Assembly: GCA_050331735.1 (NCBI GenBank)
Contig: JBHJGN010000031.1
Span: 111,747 to 175,746 of the forward strand
Reading direction: 5' to 3'
Origin: Cyanophyceae cyanobacterium
Lineage (GTDB): Bacteria > Cyanobacteriota > Cyanobacteriia > Cyanobacteriales > JBHJGN01
DNA: 64,000 nucleotides
Below are positions 20,181-29,471 of this stretch, piece by piece (the first letter of the stretch is position 1; each line of letters starts with the position of its first letter). The position numbers were made by a program, and so were the translations under genes. The notes under the pieces are model-generated. The model was given only the letters and a program-made list of their open reading frames with translations, had not been told where the DNA came from and made no database searches.

Positions 20181-20265
20181 TCAAAGCGGCTGGGGCGTGG
20201 TTCTAAGTTCCCTCAGAACGTAAGCCGGCCCCGAAGCCGGAATCTTTTCCGGCGGAACTTTGAGT
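20181..20265. ncRNA. Candidate structured RNA or leader (unassigned)
   Basis: Nested pairings CTCAAAG/CTTTGAG, CGGCT/AGCCG, GGGGC/GCCCC, GTTCT/AGAAC plus an alternative hairpin GCCGGAA/TTCCGGC. Confidence 0.4.
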
Positions 20266-20362
20266 GTCAAACTTTACCGATCAGTCTGTAGATAATATTG
20301 TAGGCATTTTTTCCTCCGTCGCGTAGTCGCTTCGTTGTCCCTCGCTGCTCCAAGTGCTACTT

Positions 20363-21688
20363 TTACGTGTAACGAAAAACGTTATCCCAAACGTAGTCAA
20401 CCAAACGTTTAGCATCATCAAGCGGCAAAACATGACAGTGGCCCTGAGCATCTTTCTTGAGAAGGGCCACTTCGCTTGTGGAGTTCTTATCTCCATTTTC
20501 AATCGCCTTACCCCGTATTTCTTGTAAATTCCGAACGGGGCCATTAATATCAAAGTCTATTTTAGTTTCAAACTTTTTGTCCATCCAGTTTTCAATTTTG
20601 TCGTCTAACTGAGAAGGCGTTAGCGCAGCTTTACTAATTAGCAAATGATAATAAACCAAAATGATTTCTTTGCACTCCTCCTCTTCCGCAGCATCAATTA
20701 AACTATGAAAGACGCTGGCATTATTGGCAAGGTTTTTAAAAAAGAGCGTATCTGTTACTTTCTTTCTAAACTCAATAACTTTGCTTTTATATTTACTGTA
20801 TTGCTTAAAAGCAAACCCTCCTAGCACGACAATCAGCGATAAGCTTGCCGTGAGCACAGGCATAAAATCGCGCACATTTTCTTCGCTAATCCTCAAACCA
20901 AAAATTTGCGTAGTCCCAAAAACCAGAAAAGAAATTGCTCCAACAAGGAGAGTTAACTTAGGCAAAGTCCTTAGAATAACCGGAATAGCTGCACCAACAG
21001 CAGGAACTCCTAACAGGAGGCGATCCTTCCAGGTCATGCTAATCTTTATGTTGGGAAACAGCAGCTCTAAATCAAATTTAGGAACATTTCTGTAGAAGTA
21101 AACGTACATTTTCCCAGGAGCAAACTTAAGTAAGCCACCCTTGGTATTCTGGTTTTCAAAATGCTCTTGCTCTTTAAACTTAATCAGTAAAACAACCCGA
21201 TCGAAAACATCGATCTTTTTTTTAATCTTTCTAAAAAATTTTCTAACTTCAATGGTTTGATAGAAATCGCCCCGCCGATAACACACTAATTCATCAAAAT
21301 CGTTCAGATCAACTTTAGTTTGTAGTTCAATTAGCGATCGCTCTTTGAAAGCTTGCTTTAAAGCGGCGGAGGAAATCGGCGCATAGTTGGCTCGCTCCAA
21401 AACGGTTTTAAAGTCTTCAACGAGTGTAGCTTCCATTTTTGCCAACCGTTCTGAAGTAGGCGGTTCTCTATACTTTCTCTGCCCATCCGGATTAAACGGA
21501 GCATAGTTATCCTTCAACCGTTCCAAGTAAGCCTGAAACTTAAAGTGGTAAAAAGCGCAGAGGAGCGAGCAAAATTCTCGAAACTGCTGCGCCTCTGCAT
21601 CGGTGAGCTGACCATCTTCCAGGCAAAGTTCAATCAGGTCTGTTCGACGATAGGGAATATACGTCTCTCGATCTTGGTACGATGCCAT
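20363..21688 (-). CDS. DUF3754 / TMEM143 family membrane protein
   Basis: RETYIPYRR, LKDNYAPFNPD, PKFDLELLFPN, LFFKNLANNASV, LIDAAEEEECKE. Confidence 0.85.
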   Translation of the reverse strand: MASYQDRETYIPYRRTDLIELCLEDGQLTDAEAQQFREFCSLLCAFYHFKFQAYLERLKDNYAPFNPDGQRKYREPPTSERLAKMEATLVEDFKTVLERANYAPISSAALKQAFKERSLIELQTKVDLNDFDELVCYRRGDFYQTIEVRKFFRKIKKKIDVFDRVVLLIKFKEQEHFENQNTKGGLLKFAPGKMYVYFYRNVPKFDLELLFPNIKISMTWKDRLLLGVPAVGAAIPVILRTLPKLTLLVGAISFLVFGTTQIFGLRISEENVRDFMPVLTASLSLIVVLGGFAFKQYSKYKSKVIEFRKKVTDTLFFKNLANNASVFHSLIDAAEEEECKEIILVYYHLLISKAALTPSQLDDKIENWMDKKFETKIDFDINGPVRNLQEIRGKAIENGDKNSTSEVALLKKDAQGHCHVLPLDDAKRLVDYVWDNVFRYT

Positions 21689-21734
21689 CAGTTTCTCTTC
21701 TAGGCAGAAATTGTAAAGTACGACTTGATTTGTA

Positions 21735-21900
21735 TGGGGAAAAGGGGAAATAGTTGCTCCGCAACGGGGAAGGGGGAAAGGGATAACTATCCAGTGCGGG
21801 ACGTCAAAAGAACATAGGGCTAAGAAACAAACTAGTTCATTCCCCTTTCCCCCTTACCCTTTCCCCTTTACCCGTGCCTACGGCACCTGCCCTCTTCCCT
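21735..21900. repeat. Mini-hairpin / heptamer mosaic repeat, partly inside the 3' end of the YyaL-like gene
   Basis: GTTGC-TCC-GCAAC, CCAGTGCGGGAC, AAAGAACATAGGGCTAAGAAA, (TTTCCCC)n, GTGCC-TAC-GGCAC. Confidence 0.75.
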
Positions 21901-23924
21901 GACTCATATAATTGCGCTAACATTTGGTCTGAAGTTTGAGCGGGTTCTAGGCAAGTTAGCCCCTGGCAGACAAGGGCAACGGCCTGATCGGGTAAGTCGT
22001 CTTCTGCACGATAGACAGCGGTGGGAAAGTATTGAGGAATGATGCCTGCTAGCTGCTCCTTGGTCGTTCGCACCAGAGTAGAGTGATGATACCAATCTAG
22101 AGCGACAAACAAAGTCGGACAAGCCACCGGAGACTGCTGCATGATGCTGCTGAAAGCCTGGAGAGTTTTTTCTGCGCGGTCGAGGTAATTTAGATCTTCG
22201 GTGAGAAGGGCTAAACGAACGAGGTTAGCAACTGCGACTCCGTTTGGAGAGGGAGTCGCGTTATCAACATAGCTGCGCTCGCGCACTAACAGCTCATCGC
22301 TGTTTTCCACTGCGTTGTTGTAGTATCCTCCCTCGCTCGCCCAGAAGAACTCGTCAAACTCTCGCTGGATAGCCACTGCCTGCTCAAGCCACTGAGACTC
22401 TTGAGGCTGACAAGCATACAAATCGAGCAGGGCTTTGATCAAGAACGCATAGTCTTCTGATTGAGCGAGAACCTGAGGTTGACCGTCGTAATTGAGACGA
22501 TGCAGCCGTTCATCCTGCCACTGATGCTTCAGGATAAACTGAGCGGCACGAGTGGCTAATTTTAGATAGTGTGCCTGACCAAAAACACCAGAGGCTCTTG
22601 CTAACCCAGAAATCATCAAGCTGTTCCAAGCCACGATCATTTTGGTGTCCGTTACGGGAGGAATGCGTCCCGGCCAGTTGCCGGATTTTGCTTCCTGGTT
22701 GTTCTGTGCTGGCGCAAAGGTTTCGACCTCTTGGCTACCGTATCGGGCTGCAAACAGCTTCGCTAACGTTTGCTCTAGCTGTTCTGATAAATGTCCTCCC
22801 TGGCGGCGCTGGAGCACGTTGCTGCCTTCAAAATTTCCGTTGGGCGTGACGGTAAATTGCTCTACAAGTTCCGATAACTCTTCGGAAGTAAGCCGTTTCT
22901 GGAGTTCTGAGTAGCTCCATACGTAAAAAGCTCCTTCTTCCGGTTCGGCCTCGTCTGGAACGGTGAAACTATCGGCATCTTGGGCGGCGTAGAAGTAGCC
23001 TGCGGTGGCGGTCATTTCTCGCTGAAGCCACTGTACCGTTTCTTCAATAGCCCGCTCAAAGGCCGGTTCTTGATGGCCCATACTCCAGAGATTTGCTAAA
23101 TACTCCACGATTTGTCCGTTATCGTAGAGCATTTTTTCAAAGTGAGGCACGGTCCAGGTTGAGTCTACCGTGTAGCGGTGGAAGCCTCCGGCCACGTGAT
23201 CGTATATGCCGCCGAGAGCTAAATCTTGCCCACGCTGAAGCCAAGGGTGCTCAGCGCTGTAGCGATGTTCAAAGCGGCTGCCCTGAAGCGCAATTTGAGC
23301 ATAGGGAATCATTGGAAAACACGGACGACCCAAGTCGTTGGCGCTAATCACTCCGGTATTGGCTTCTACTCCCTCTACCAGAAGTGCTTTGCTTGGGGCC
23401 GCCTCTCCCGGAGTGAGCGTGGTGGTTTGCTCAAGAGTGGAGACGATTTCTTGCTTAAAGTTCTGGAGTTTCTCTGCTTCTTGGTCGTAGAAGCGGCGCA
23501 CAGACTGCAATACCTGCATAAAACCCGGGCGACCGTAGCGCGGCTCCACCGGAAAATAAGTCCCGCCGTAGAAGGGGACGCGATCGCCGGGCGTGAGAAA
23601 TAGATTCAGAGGCCAGCCGCCTTGCCCTACCATCATCTGAAGGGCCTGCATGTAGATACTGTCGATGTCTGGTCGTTCTTCGCGATCGACTTTAATAGGC
23701 AGAAAGTTCGCGTTCATATACGCGGCAATTTCAGGATCGGAAAAGGCTTCTCCTTCCATCACCGTACACCAGTGACAGCTAGAGTAACCGATCGACAAAA
23801 AGATCGGTTTATTTTCGGCCTCAGCGGTGTGAAGCGCCTCTTCACTCCAAGACCACCAATCGATGGGATTATCGGCGTGTTTGCGGAGGTATAAGCTTTG
23901 AGCGTGGGCCAGGCGATTTGGCAT
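21837..23924 (-). CDS. Thioredoxin-domain protein, YyaL/SSP411 (DUF255) family
   Basis: NRLAHAQSLYLRKHA, SIGYSSCHWCTVME, KVDREERPDID, VPHFEKMLYDN. Confidence 0.93.
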   Translation of the reverse strand: MPNRLAHAQSLYLRKHADNPIDWWSWSEEALHTAEAENKPIFLSIGYSSCHWCTVMEGEAFSDPEIAAYMNANFLPIKVDREERPDIDSIYMQALQMMVGQGGWPLNLFLTPGDRVPFYGGTYFPVEPRYGRPGFMQVLQSVRRFYDQEAEKLQNFKQEIVSTLEQTTTLTPGEAAPSKALLVEGVEANTGVISANDLGRPCFPMIPYAQIALQGSRFEHRYSAEHPWLQRGQDLALGGIYDHVAGGFHRYTVDSTWTVPHFEKMLYDNGQIVEYLANLWSMGHQEPAFERAIEETVQWLQREMTATAGYFYAAQDADSFTVPDEAEPEEGAFYVWSYSELQKRLTSEELSELVEQFTVTPNGNFEGSNVLQRRQGGHLSEQLEQTLAKLFAARYGSQEVETFAPAQNNQEAKSGNWPGRIPPVTDTKMIVAWNSLMISGLARASGVFGQAHYLKLATRAAQFILKHQWQDERLHRLNYDGQPQVLAQSEDYAFLIKALLDLYACQPQESQWLEQAVAIQREFDEFFWASEGGYYNNAVENSDELLVRERSYVDNATPSPNGVAVANLVRLALLTEDLNYLDRAEKTLQAFSSIMQQSPVACPTLFVALDWYHHSTLVRTTKEQLAGIIPQYFPTAVYRAEDDLPDQAVALVCQGLTCLEPAQTSDQMLAQLYESGKRAGAVGTGKGERVRGKGE

Positions 23925-23975
23925 GGGATAACTGAAGTGCTTCTCCTGTTAGTCTACCGCGCCTCTACAGGAGCG

Positions 23976-24185
23976 CTAAGGATCTGTATTGATCATCTTT
24001 TCATAGGCTTGTCTTGCTTCCGGGGTAGCTGCGGCAAGACACTCGGCATGAATCCGCTCTAAGCGATCGATATATTCCTGATTTTGAACCAGGACGGAAT
24101 TGGCTTTGGTCGAAGCAATCATCGTCAACTGCGCTCTTAGGGGTAAGTGACGAAAGGCATCGAGCCGTTGTTCTAATGAGGACAT
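23976..24185 (-). CDS. Small hypothetical protein
   Basis: 69 aa ATG-started helical ORF, same strand as its downstream neighbour. Confidence 0.6.
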   Translation of the reverse strand: MSSLEQRLDAFRHLPLRAQLTMIASTKANSVLVQNQEYIDRLERIHAECLAAATPEARQAYEKMINTDP

Positions 24186-24614
24186 CAGTACTAAATATAA
24201 GCGTTGATAAAAATGTTAACGCGAGTTGACAGAAGGATTTAAGTCGGTTACTCGGTCTCAGCCGAAAACAGTAGCATTGATGCAGAAGATTGATGCCAAC
24301 GTGGTCGGTATTGTTACGGCTGTTAAAGAAACGAACGCTTGGGTCAAGAAACTGGCGGCTATCGACGCAAAGTTGCCCCAGTTGGTTCGCGCACCGCTCA
24401 AGTGTCCCCTCTTTACGAAAGGTGAAGAGGGCTGAATTCCCGTAGAGGGAACCAACCCTTCTGGGTTTCTTAGTTGTAGGCAAAGGCGAGTTCAATCAAA
24501 TTGAGAAAATTTGAGCAGTCACTTTAAAAGCGATCGGCCACAGCCAACACAGCACCCAATCCTTTGAGCAAAATATGTCCATTCGGCTAATCCAGATGGA
24601 GGAAGTCGTCTAGG

Positions 24615-24737
24615 AGTGGCTTCGGCTACGGTGCTGGAGTTCGGGTTCAGTCTCCGTTAGATCCGATTTGGATCGACTACGCCATCAACGATGAAGGCGA
24701 TTCTGAAATCGAATTTGGGATTGGAGAAAAGTTTTAA
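24615..24737 (+). pseudogene. C-terminal remnant of an Omp85/BamA family outer membrane protein
   Basis: Translates SGFGYGAGVRVQSPLDPIWIDYAINDEGDSEIEFGIGEKF*, the typical cyanobacterial Omp85 C-terminus; no start or upstream body. Confidence 0.8.
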
Positions 24738-24827
24738 AGAAAGCTCAATTTCTAGGCTGAGACCGGAGTTAATTTGTTAGGATACTCGAATCTTTTGCTT
24801 TGTAGATTTTCAGTGAAGAGAGGCAGC

Positions 24828-25505
24828 ATGTTAGGCGATATCGCATCCTCCAGCATCGAACTTCCATCCCACGCTCCACTGCAAATCGTCATTGTAGAAG
24901 ACGATCCGGTGATGCAGCTAGGACTAGAGCAGTTTCTGGAGGATTGTGAAAACTTTCAGGTTCTCGGTCGAGCCGAAGATGGCTATTCGGGCATTGCCGT
25001 GACGCTTGAGTTAAAGCCGGATGTGGTGGTGATGGATATTGGCTTACCTCAGCTCGATGGCATTGCCGCTACCCAACAGATTAAGCAAAAACTGCCAGAC
25101 GTACGAGTAGTCATGCTTACTTCCCATACCGCAGACATGGAGATGGTCGCGGCGTTAGCTAGCGGTGCTGATGCCTACTGTATTAAGGGAATTGGCCTAG
25201 AACAGCTCAAAATTGCGATTAACTGCGCTCATACCGGAGCTGCTTATCTAGATCCACAAATTGCCCGTCGCGTCATCAATCATCTGCAATATACTCGCCC
25301 GAGCGCTCCAACGATTGAGCTATCGAAGCGGGAACTGGATGTATTAAGACTGGTTGTTGAAGGCAAAAGCAACCCGGAAATTGCGGCTGAACTGTTTCTT
25401 AGTATCAGCACGGTCAAGACTCACCTCCGCAGCGTGATGAATAAGCTGTCGGTGGACGATCGCGTTCAAGCGGCGGTCGCCGCGTTAAGAACCGGACTCG
25501 TTTGA
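24828..25505 (+). CDS. NarL/LuxR family response regulator
   Basis: REC domain (VEDD, MDIGLP, LTS, YCIK) plus HTH LSKRELDVL..SNPEIA..TVKTH. Confidence 0.93.
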   Translation: MLGDIASSSIELPSHAPLQIVIVEDDPVMQLGLEQFLEDCENFQVLGRAEDGYSGIAVTLELKPDVVVMDIGLPQLDGIAATQQIKQKLPDVRVVMLTSHTADMEMVAALASGADAYCIKGIGLEQLKIAINCAHTGAAYLDPQIARRVINHLQYTRPSAPTIELSKRELDVLRLVVEGKSNPEIAAELFLSISTVKTHLRSVMNKLSVDDRVQAAVAALRTGLV

Positions 25506-25625
25506 TTTGATTGAACTGTTCACAGCCCTCACCGCTGTTTTAACGGATGAATTCTTAACCAGTTCAAACAGCAGGCTAGTCTTGGAAGAGTGGAAGAAAT
25601 CGAGTACGAGGGCGAGCAAAATATC

Positions 25626-26918
25626 ATGACGTGCAGACGATATCGAATCTGGTTTTCTAGCCTCATCCTGACTGTATTAGTCAGTCTCGTCCTGGGGATA
25701 TGGCCTAGGGCAGTTTCTCTCTCATCGACTCAGACTGAGCTGTTTGATGCGGTTTGGGAAACCATTGATGAGAATTTTTTCGACCCCAACTTCAACGGCA
25801 TAGACTGGGAAGCAGTGGGAGACCAATACCGACCGCAGGTCGCCCAAGCCTCGTCGCGTACAGAACAGGCAGCTCTCATTAACGAGATGCTCGGCGAGCT
25901 GCAAACCTCCCACACCCATCTTTATACCCCCGCTGAACCGGCCTACTATCAGGTGCTTGGCATCTTCTATCCGCGTATCCGGGAACTGCGGACTCAGCTT
26001 CAAGACACCTTTCCAAACGGCAAATTGGAGTATGCAGGCATTGGCGTTGTCACTCAAGAAATAGACGGCAAAACCTTTGTTAGAGCCATCTTTGATGGTA
26101 GTCCAGCCGCAGCGTCAGGGCTACAGGTAGGCGACCAAATTCTCAGCGTCGCTGGTCAGCCCTTTGAACCAATTCAGTCTTTTGCCGGACAGGTAGACCA
26201 ATCTATTAACCTCCTCGTGCAACGATCGCTCGCTCCTGACAGTCAGGAAGAAATAACGGTGAACCCTCAACTATTCGACGGGATCGCCATGTTCCTTGAT
26301 GCCATGACAGACAGCGTCCAGGTCGTTGAAAGAGCGGATCAGCAGATTGGCTATATTCATATTTGGTCCTATGCGGGGGACCAGTATCAGCAAAAGCTGG
26401 AAGAAGAACTGATCTACGGTCGTTTAAAAGATGCCGATGCCCTAGTGCTCGATCTCCGGGAAGGATGGGGAGGCGCACCGCCAACGGCCCTTCATCCCTT
26501 CACGGCCCGAGGTCCGAGCGTAACGAGTATTGGACGAGATGGGCAAGCTTCGACCTACCAGAGCCAGTGGAATAAGCCAGTGGTGATGCTGGTCAACGAA
26601 GGCAGCCGCAGCGCTAAAGAAATTTTAGCCTATGGTTTTCAGCAGTACGAGATTGGACCCGTCGTTGGTAGCAAAACTCCCGGCGCAGTAGTAGCCGGAC
26701 GACCTTTCCTGATGCCCGACGAGAGCTTACTGTACGTGGCGGTGGCGGATGTCTATGTTGATGATACGGTTCGTTTAGAAGGTGTCGGAGTCACTCCTGA
26801 TGTGGTGGTTCCTTTCCCCATTGAGTACGCCCAGGGAAATGACCCGCAAAAGGAACGAGCGATCGCCCTCGCAGTAGAAATCCTTAATCAATCGAAAGGG
26901 ACTCATCGCGGTAGTTAA
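25626..26918 (+). CDS. S41 family peptidase with PDZ domain, exported
   Basis: Signal peptide; GSPAAASGLQVGD; LVLDLREGWGG; SRSAKE; GVGVTPD. Confidence 0.9.
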   Translation: MTCRRYRIWFSSLILTVLVSLVLGIWPRAVSLSSTQTELFDAVWETIDENFFDPNFNGIDWEAVGDQYRPQVAQASSRTEQAALINEMLGELQTSHTHLYTPAEPAYYQVLGIFYPRIRELRTQLQDTFPNGKLEYAGIGVVTQEIDGKTFVRAIFDGSPAAASGLQVGDQILSVAGQPFEPIQSFAGQVDQSINLLVQRSLAPDSQEEITVNPQLFDGIAMFLDAMTDSVQVVERADQQIGYIHIWSYAGDQYQQKLEEELIYGRLKDADALVLDLREGWGGAPPTALHPFTARGPSVTSIGRDGQASTYQSQWNKPVVMLVNEGSRSAKEILAYGFQQYEIGPVVGSKTPGAVVAGRPFLMPDESLLYVAVADVYVDDTVRLEGVGVTPDVVVPFPIEYAQGNDPQKERAIALAVEILNQSKGTHRGS

Positions 26919-26929
26919 GTTATCTGTAC

Positions 26930-27019
26930 ATAGCGGTTCTCGGCATGAGATACACCTAACACCTGCCTCCTGCCTCAAAACTAAAAATTCTGTTCCTCAC
27001 GCTTTTTGAGAACTGCTAT
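26930..27019. mobile_element. 90-bp MITE-like element
   Basis: Terminal inverted repeats ATAGCGGTTCTC / GAGAACTGCTAT (11 of 12 match); internal CCTGCCT heptamers; no ORF. Confidence 0.65.
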
Positions 27020-27107
27020 ATCTTCCAGGAGAAAAAACAATTAGCCATCAACAATCAACAACAAAGCCGCCTAGTAATCTACCCCTCATTAACTGGAGAA
27101 CTGCCCT

Positions 27108-27899
27108 GTGAACCATCTCGAAGTTGCACAGTTTTGGAATCGGAACGCGCCAGCCTGGACTGCTTTATCTAGGCAGGGATATGATGTTTATCGGGATTTA
27201 GTTAATACCCCCGCTTTTCTGGAGCTACTGCCCAATATTGCTGGTTTGAAAGGACTCGACATTGGCTGTGGCGAGGGAACAAATACGCGCCAGCTTGCTC
27301 AACTAGGGGCTAGCATGGTGGCTATTGATGTGGCGCCATCTTTTCTTGAGTATGCCCAGGCTCAAGAGCAGCAAGATCCTCACGGAATCCTTTTTCAAAC
27401 CGCTAGTGCCCTAGATTTGCCGTTTGGTGAGGCGACGTTTGATTTCGTTACGGCTTTTATGAGCCTGATGGATATGCCCGACAATCAAAAGGCGATTCAG
27501 GAAGCCTACCGCGTACTCAAGCCAGGGGGGTTTTTGCAATTTTCTATCACCCATCCCTGTTTCGATCCGCCCTATCGTCGCAGCCTGAAAGATCCAGCAG
27601 GACAAGAGTATGCGATCGCCGTCGGACGCTACTTTGAGCGCGAAGATGGACGTATCGATGAATGGATATTTAGCAACGTTCCTGATGAGCTGCGGCAGCG
27701 CTGGTCTAAATTTCGCATTCCCCGCTTTCATCGCACCCTCAGTGAATGGCTCAATATGCTGATTGCTGCCGGATTTGTGATTAAAGCGCTGGCAGAACCG
27801 CGAGCGAGTGAAGCGATCGCGCGCACGTGCCCCACCGTTGCCGATACCCGAATCGTCGCTTACTTTTTGCTCGTCCGCTGCTGTAAACCTTCCCCTTGA
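27108..27899 (+). CDS. Class I SAM-dependent methyltransferase
   Basis: LDIGCGEG motif I; FDFV; RVLKPGG..FSITHPCF. Confidence 0.92.
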   Translation: MNHLEVAQFWNRNAPAWTALSRQGYDVYRDLVNTPAFLELLPNIAGLKGLDIGCGEGTNTRQLAQLGASMVAIDVAPSFLEYAQAQEQQDPHGILFQTASALDLPFGEATFDFVTAFMSLMDMPDNQKAIQEAYRVLKPGGFLQFSITHPCFDPPYRRSLKDPAGQEYAIAVGRYFEREDGRIDEWIFSNVPDELRQRWSKFRIPRFHRTLSEWLNMLIAAGFVIKALAEPRASEAIARTCPTVADTRIVAYFLLVRCCKPSP

Positions 27900-27900
27900 G

Positions 27901-29022
27901 ATGCAGAACGCTCCATCCGCACGATTAACCTTTATGGATAACCTGCGAGTCGCACTCACGATTCTCGTTGTCGCTCACCATGCTGCTCAGCCCTACGGAC
28001 CTACAGGAGGCGAATGGCCGATTTTTAATCCCGAACGAGCTATGCTGCTAGGCTCCTTTTTTGCCGTCAATGCCGCCTTTTTCATGGGGCTGTTCTTCTT
28101 TATTGCGGGATACTTTACTCCAGTAGCTTGCGATCGCAAAGGAGTTCGGCAGTTTCTCCAAGAGCGGCTGCAGCGATTAGGGATACCGCTTTTGTTCTTT
28201 ACTCTCTTCGTCTTTCCACCCGTCCTTTATAGTCTAGCTGCCCCACCCGTTTCTTTTTTCGCCTTTTTTATTCAGGTGTACATTCATCAGTGGGATATCG
28301 AAGTCGCTCACCTGTGGTTCCTGATGCATCTCCTGGTTTATACGGTTTGCTATGTTCTCTGGCAGCATCGCTTTGATCTCCCCACCCATACTCAGATACC
28401 GAGCCATCAGACCATTCTTGTTTACTTACTTAGCCTCACCGTTGTCACGTTTATAGTTCGCATTCAGTATCCAATTGACCAATGGGTGAATCTGTTTGGG
28501 ATTTTGCCGACTGAGGTGGCTCATCTTCCTCAATACGTTAGCTTATTTATGCTCGGCATCGTCGCTTACCGTCGTCGCTGGCTTGAGGGAATGGCAAGGT
28601 GGCGAGGATACATCTGGCTAGGAATTGGGCTGAGTGCTGCACTGCTGCGCTATGGCTATAGCCTGAATCAGGAAAGACTGGCGCTTCCCATGATCTTTGC
28701 CGGAGGTGGATTAAACTGGCGTAACCTAGTCTGGAGTGGTTGGGAAGCAACAATTTGCGTAGGGCTTTGTATTGGATTGTTAATTTTGTTCCGCGAAAAG
28801 CTTAATAGTCAAGGAAGGCTACTGCGAATGCTATCTGCTAACGCCTACGGAGTATACTTAATTCACCTTTTGCTTGTTCTCTACCTGCAATTCCAGTTTG
28901 CCGATTTATCTCTTGGTCCGCTCACCAAATTTTTGCTCGTCTTTACCACTGGAACTCCTCTATGCTTTGCTCTTAGTGCACTTCTGCGGCAACTTCCGTT
29001 AACCAAATTAGTTGTCCCCTAG
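27901..29022 (+). CDS. Acyltransferase family 3 (MdoC-like) membrane protein
   Basis: DNLRVALTILVVAHH, FFMGLFFFIAGYF, RLQRLGIP, HLWFL, YGVYLIH. Confidence 0.9.
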   Translation: MQNAPSARLTFMDNLRVALTILVVAHHAAQPYGPTGGEWPIFNPERAMLLGSFFAVNAAFFMGLFFFIAGYFTPVACDRKGVRQFLQERLQRLGIPLLFFTLFVFPPVLYSLAAPPVSFFAFFIQVYIHQWDIEVAHLWFLMHLLVYTVCYVLWQHRFDLPTHTQIPSHQTILVYLLSLTVVTFIVRIQYPIDQWVNLFGILPTEVAHLPQYVSLFMLGIVAYRRRWLEGMARWRGYIWLGIGLSAALLRYGYSLNQERLALPMIFAGGGLNWRNLVWSGWEATICVGLCIGLLILFREKLNSQGRLLRMLSANAYGVYLIHLLLVLYLQFQFADLSLGPLTKFLLVFTTGTPLCFALSALLRQLPLTKLVVP

Positions 29023-29025
29023 TCA

Positions 29026-29466
29026 ATGAGAACCATGAATATTTCTTCACCCGCCGATATCGTCTTTGTCGAAAACGGAAGAGTTGATGTTGAGCAGCTC
29101 AACGCTCTTTATCAAACGATTGGCTGGAATTCAAACGGACAGCGAACTTTAGAGAAAACAACAGAAATGCTGCAAGTCAGTCACTACTATATCGCCGCCT
29201 ATGCCACTGACAGTCTTCTGGTGGGCTTTGCTAGGGTATGCGGCGATCCCTACATTGTTCAGGTGCTAGACGTCATTACCCATCCCGCCTATCGCCGCCG
29301 GGGTATCGCTACACGCTGTATGCAAGAGGTCATTAATCATCTTCAGCGCTCTCAGTATATTTCCGTTACCCTCACTGACGGTAGCGGGATTACAGATTTC
29401 TACCAGCGTTTTGGGTTCAGAGTCATTCATGGTGATGCTGTTGCGCGAGTTTGGCGACGAGGGTGA
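29026..29466 (+). CDS. GNAT N-acetyltransferase
   Basis: LVGFAR, DVITHPAYRRRGIA, FYQRFGF. Confidence 0.9.
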   Translation: MRTMNISSPADIVFVENGRVDVEQLNALYQTIGWNSNGQRTLEKTTEMLQVSHYYIAAYATDSLLVGFARVCGDPYIVQVLDVITHPAYRRRGIATRCMQEVINHLQRSQYISVTLTDGSGITDFYQRFGFRVIHGDAVARVWRRG

Positions 29467-29471
29467 GCAAT

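Noticed and set aside
24226..24495. Short overlapping ORFs on both strands
   Set aside because: No recognisable motif or RBS; possibly an eroded fragment but cannot be assigned
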